Below are positions 61,229 to 64,000 of a DNA stretch of 64,000 bases, piece after piece (within the stretch, counting starts at the first letter, position 1; the number at the start of each line of letters is the position of its first letter). A program made the translations under genes and the position numbers. Source of the stretch: Basidiobolus meristosporus CBS 931.73 (lineage: Eukaryota; Fungi; Basidiobolomycota); the NCBI GenBank assembly GCA_002104905.1, contig MCFE01000140.1:93189-157188 (forward strand), in the 5' to 3' direction. The notes under the pieces were generated by a model that was given only the letters and a program-made list of their open reading frames with translations, searched no databases and was not told the origin of the DNA.

Positions 61229-63520
61229 TGTGCTAAGGGACCTGGCTTGGAAAGAGATCAAGTGAGGCAGGTTTTGGTCTTCATCTTGATAGAGGACTGC
61301 CCCTAACCCAACATCAGATACATCTGTAGCAACAACAAAGGGCTTAGTAAAGTCTGGGTAGGATAAGGTGGGTGCTTGTGGAAGCAGTTGGCAGAGTGAC
61401 TCAAAGGCTTGGTCATGAGTCTTGTTCCAGGCTGAGGTGAGATCAGGGCTATGGTGTAATGCATCTAAAGGGGCACTCAATGAGGACATGAGTGGTATGT
61501 GTTCCCTGAAATAGTTGAATACTCCAAGATAATGTTGAAGTTGCTTGGCGCTAGTGGGTTTTGGCCATTCTGGGATATTGACCAGTTTGAAAGGATCTAA
61601 TTGGTGGCCAGCTGGTGTGACTATAAATCCAAGCAGATTGATTTTGAGGTGGGCAAGACTGCACTTTTCAGCATTGAGAATCAGTCCAGCAGTTGTCAGT
61701 CTGTTGATTACATCAGTGACATGAGTTGCATGATCATCACAGTTAGTGGAAAATATGATGACATCATCAACAAATACCAATGCGTATGGTGCATTCTTGA
61801 GTATTATAGTCATGACTCTCTGAAACTTGCTGGTAAGTGTCTTTAGGCCAAAGGGAGCTCCCTGAAACATCCATTGCATATTATTCCAAGTAAAGGCAGT
61901 CTTATGTTGATGATCAGGATGGATCTGGAATCGGTGATATGCATCCTTCAAGTCCAACTTGGAGAATACTTTTGCTCCTGCTAGTGTGGAAAAGATATCT
62001 TGGATTCTTGGAATTGGAAACTTGTCATCTTGGAGAAGCTTGTTCAGAGGTTGGGGGTCCAAACAGGGTCTCTTCAGGGTTAGATTTCCATCAGCATCTT
62101 TCTTTGGTGCAAGCATCAAAGGGCTGTTGAATGTTGTGTTGACAGGGGCTTGAGTGATAATTTCATTGTCAGCCCATTTTTGGACTATCTCATCAACTAA
62201 GTGTTGACATGAATGCAGAATTGGGTATTGCCTCCTCCATGTTGACTCACCAGGTGGGGTCTCTAGTGTAACAATGGATTCTGGGATGGTGCAGAAGCTG
62301 TTCCTTGGAATGGCCTGATTTCTCTCTATGGCCGGCTGAATATCCAATTTGACTGATTGAGAATATTCTTGAAAAGTTGGGGTTAACTCTTCTTCTTCTG
62401 GTTGGGATGAGATAATCTCTGGGATTTGATCCATTATGAGCGGCTGAGATTTAGTGATTCCTGGATAGGAAACTGGTAGTCCGCCTATGTGAAAGCCAGG
62501 TTTGGTGAAGGTGTCCAGACCAATGACTACCTGAGGTCCATCTGGTATGTCAATAACTTCCATCTGATGTATTATGGTTACTGAGCCACATTGTATGTTG
62601 ATTGGGTTGGTAAGGCCAATTCTCGGGGCTGAGTGATCCTTAGCTGCAAGAATGATCTTTCCTGGTCGTTTTTCTATCTCCAAATTGAGTTCTCTGACTA
62701 CATTGGGTGATATAATAGAGTTGGATGATCCAGTATCCAGTAGTGCTACGTATGATTGGCCATTGAGGGTGAGTGGCACTTTTATGGCTTTGAGCTGTGT
62801 GATTGGTTGCTTCTTTTCTTGAACAGTTGCAATTATAGCCGGAAACTCAAAGAGGTTGTGATAATCTTGAACTGTAAGTTCTTCATATGCTTCTTCATAC
62901 CCCATTGTATCATGGGCTGAATGATCATCAAGGATCTGGGTAATTTTGGCTGATGGTGTGGAGTTCTTCTCAGAACAGGCAGGTGATCTATGTCCCATAT
63001 TTCCACATTCAAAGCACTTGTCATCAGCATATGGATTATCAGTTTTGGTGTTTTGCTGCTTTTCTGAGGTGTTTCCTGACTTGTTTGACTGCTTGGTGAT
63101 GCCTTTGCATTCACTGGTAGAATGATAGCATTTTCCATGAAGCTCACAGTGCTTGGTAGCGGTTGACTGCTTCTTGGTCCCATGACTGGTACCTTTTCTG
63201 GCTGTTGTGGGATCTTGGGTTGAGTTGCCTGAAGTCTGGCTAACAGCTGCAGTCAAGGTGATTGCCAGTGTACATATCTCTGAGATCTGGTCATAGGTAC
63301 ATGCAGGGTTGCATGCTTTGACAATAGCAATATTGCTCTGTAGCTGGTGTGAAAAGTTTGAAAGAAAATGAGCAGTAAGCGATGGATTATCATCACTAAC
63401 TCCAGCTAATCTCATTTGTCTTTGGAATCTATCACAGAAGTGTTGCACAGATTCACCTTTTTGCATTTTAGTTTTCCATAAGTCACAGTTCAGATGTGCT
63501 CTCTTGAGAGGATCATCAAA
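61223..63520 (-). mobile_element. Ty3/gypsy gag-pol, one open frame, truncated at both ends
   Basis: gag (QKGESVQHFCDRF), CCHC knuckle CFECGNMGHRSPAC, protease LLDTGS, RT (KLDLKDAYH, FVDDVII) and the start of RNase H (FVVATDVSDVGLGAVL). PR-RT-RH order. The frame is open up to 63520. Confidence 0.95.
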
Positions 63521-64000
63521 GGGTTAGGGGGGAGACAGTCACCAACAGGTGAAATATTTATTTCAGTTGAAACAAAGAAGCCAGCGCTACTGTTGTAGCT
63601 TTGATACAAGAGTGTGTAGCTGAGGGGAATTAGTAGGTAAGTAAATAAGAAGTGATGATAGTTCTTCAGTGCTCAAGACACTGTTCAGTGGGAAGGGGGG
63701 TAGCAAGAGAGGTAAGAATGACTTGTGAACAACATTAATGAGGGGAATGTGATAAGGGTTGATATTCATCATAAAGGGAGTGTGCTGCTGCAGATATTGC
63801 TGGCAAAGGTCTGTCAAGTACTTCAGGTAGGCCAGCTTGGGTTTTTCTGACTGCAGAACATAGTGAGCAAACTTCTTGACTTCAGGATCTCCAAGTCTAG
63901 TTCTCCAGCAGGAGCCAGGTGTAGTGTGGTGTGTTCTCTTCCAGGCCTTAATCAGTGGGTTGTTGCAGTGGTGAAGTCTGAGATATAATCTGGTTCTAAG
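63521..64000 (-). mobile_element. Telomere-tailed unit A3; the frame is open to the window edge
   Basis: The GGGTTAGGGGGGAGACAGTCACC junction is followed by sequence highly similar to A1. The frame RTRLYLRLHHCNNPLIKAWK...VSKLQQ* is open from 64000 to 63587. Confidence 0.78.

Noticed and set aside
61301-61309. CCCTAACCC, a telomere-like 9-mer
   Set aside because: It lies inside gypsy RNase H codons (VGLGA), in the opposite polarity to the array junctions; a coding coincidence.
1-64000. rRNA, tRNA or prokaryotic defence systems
   Set aside because: No such motifs or structures were seen by eye; a covariance-model scan was not possible.

Overview
Eukaryotic, probably fungal, genomic DNA: short GT-AG introns with CTAAC-like branch sites, fungal-type MFS, Gfo/Idh/MocA and PTP genes, and TTAGGG repeats. 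An early-diverging lineage is my guess, not a determination. The window has three zones. (1) 1 to ~37.4 kb is a nearly CpG-free transposon graveyard. It holds two Ty1/copia elements, solo and fragment LTRs of several families, several copies of a CACTA/EnSpm-like transposase region with a partner ORF (largely a ~9-kb direct duplication), one structurally complete PIF/Harbinger-superfamily (PHIS) element and a foldback MITE of that family. (2) ~37.4-53.1 kb is a CpG-normal gene island with five genes: a membrane-anchored Lys-rich protein, a Gfo/Idh/MocA oxidoreductase-like protein with altered catalytic motifs, two head-to-head paralogous MFS sugar porters, and an alpha/beta-hydrolase + tyrosine-phosphatase fusion ending in a PTS1-like AKL. 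(3) ~53.1-64 kb is again CpG-poor. It holds a second PHIS copy with a solo LTR, a doubly truncated Ty3/gypsy gag-pol, and four co-oriented, 5'-truncated retroelement-like units whose 3' ends carry telomeric CCCTAA sequence and sit at the truncation points of whatever lies to their left. This last array, which looks like chromosome-end capping by retroelements, is the best candidate for an undescribed system. The CpG-free intact transposase ORF and the peroxisome-tagged hydrolase-phosphatase fusion come next. All family calls are by-eye motif recognition and no database search was run.
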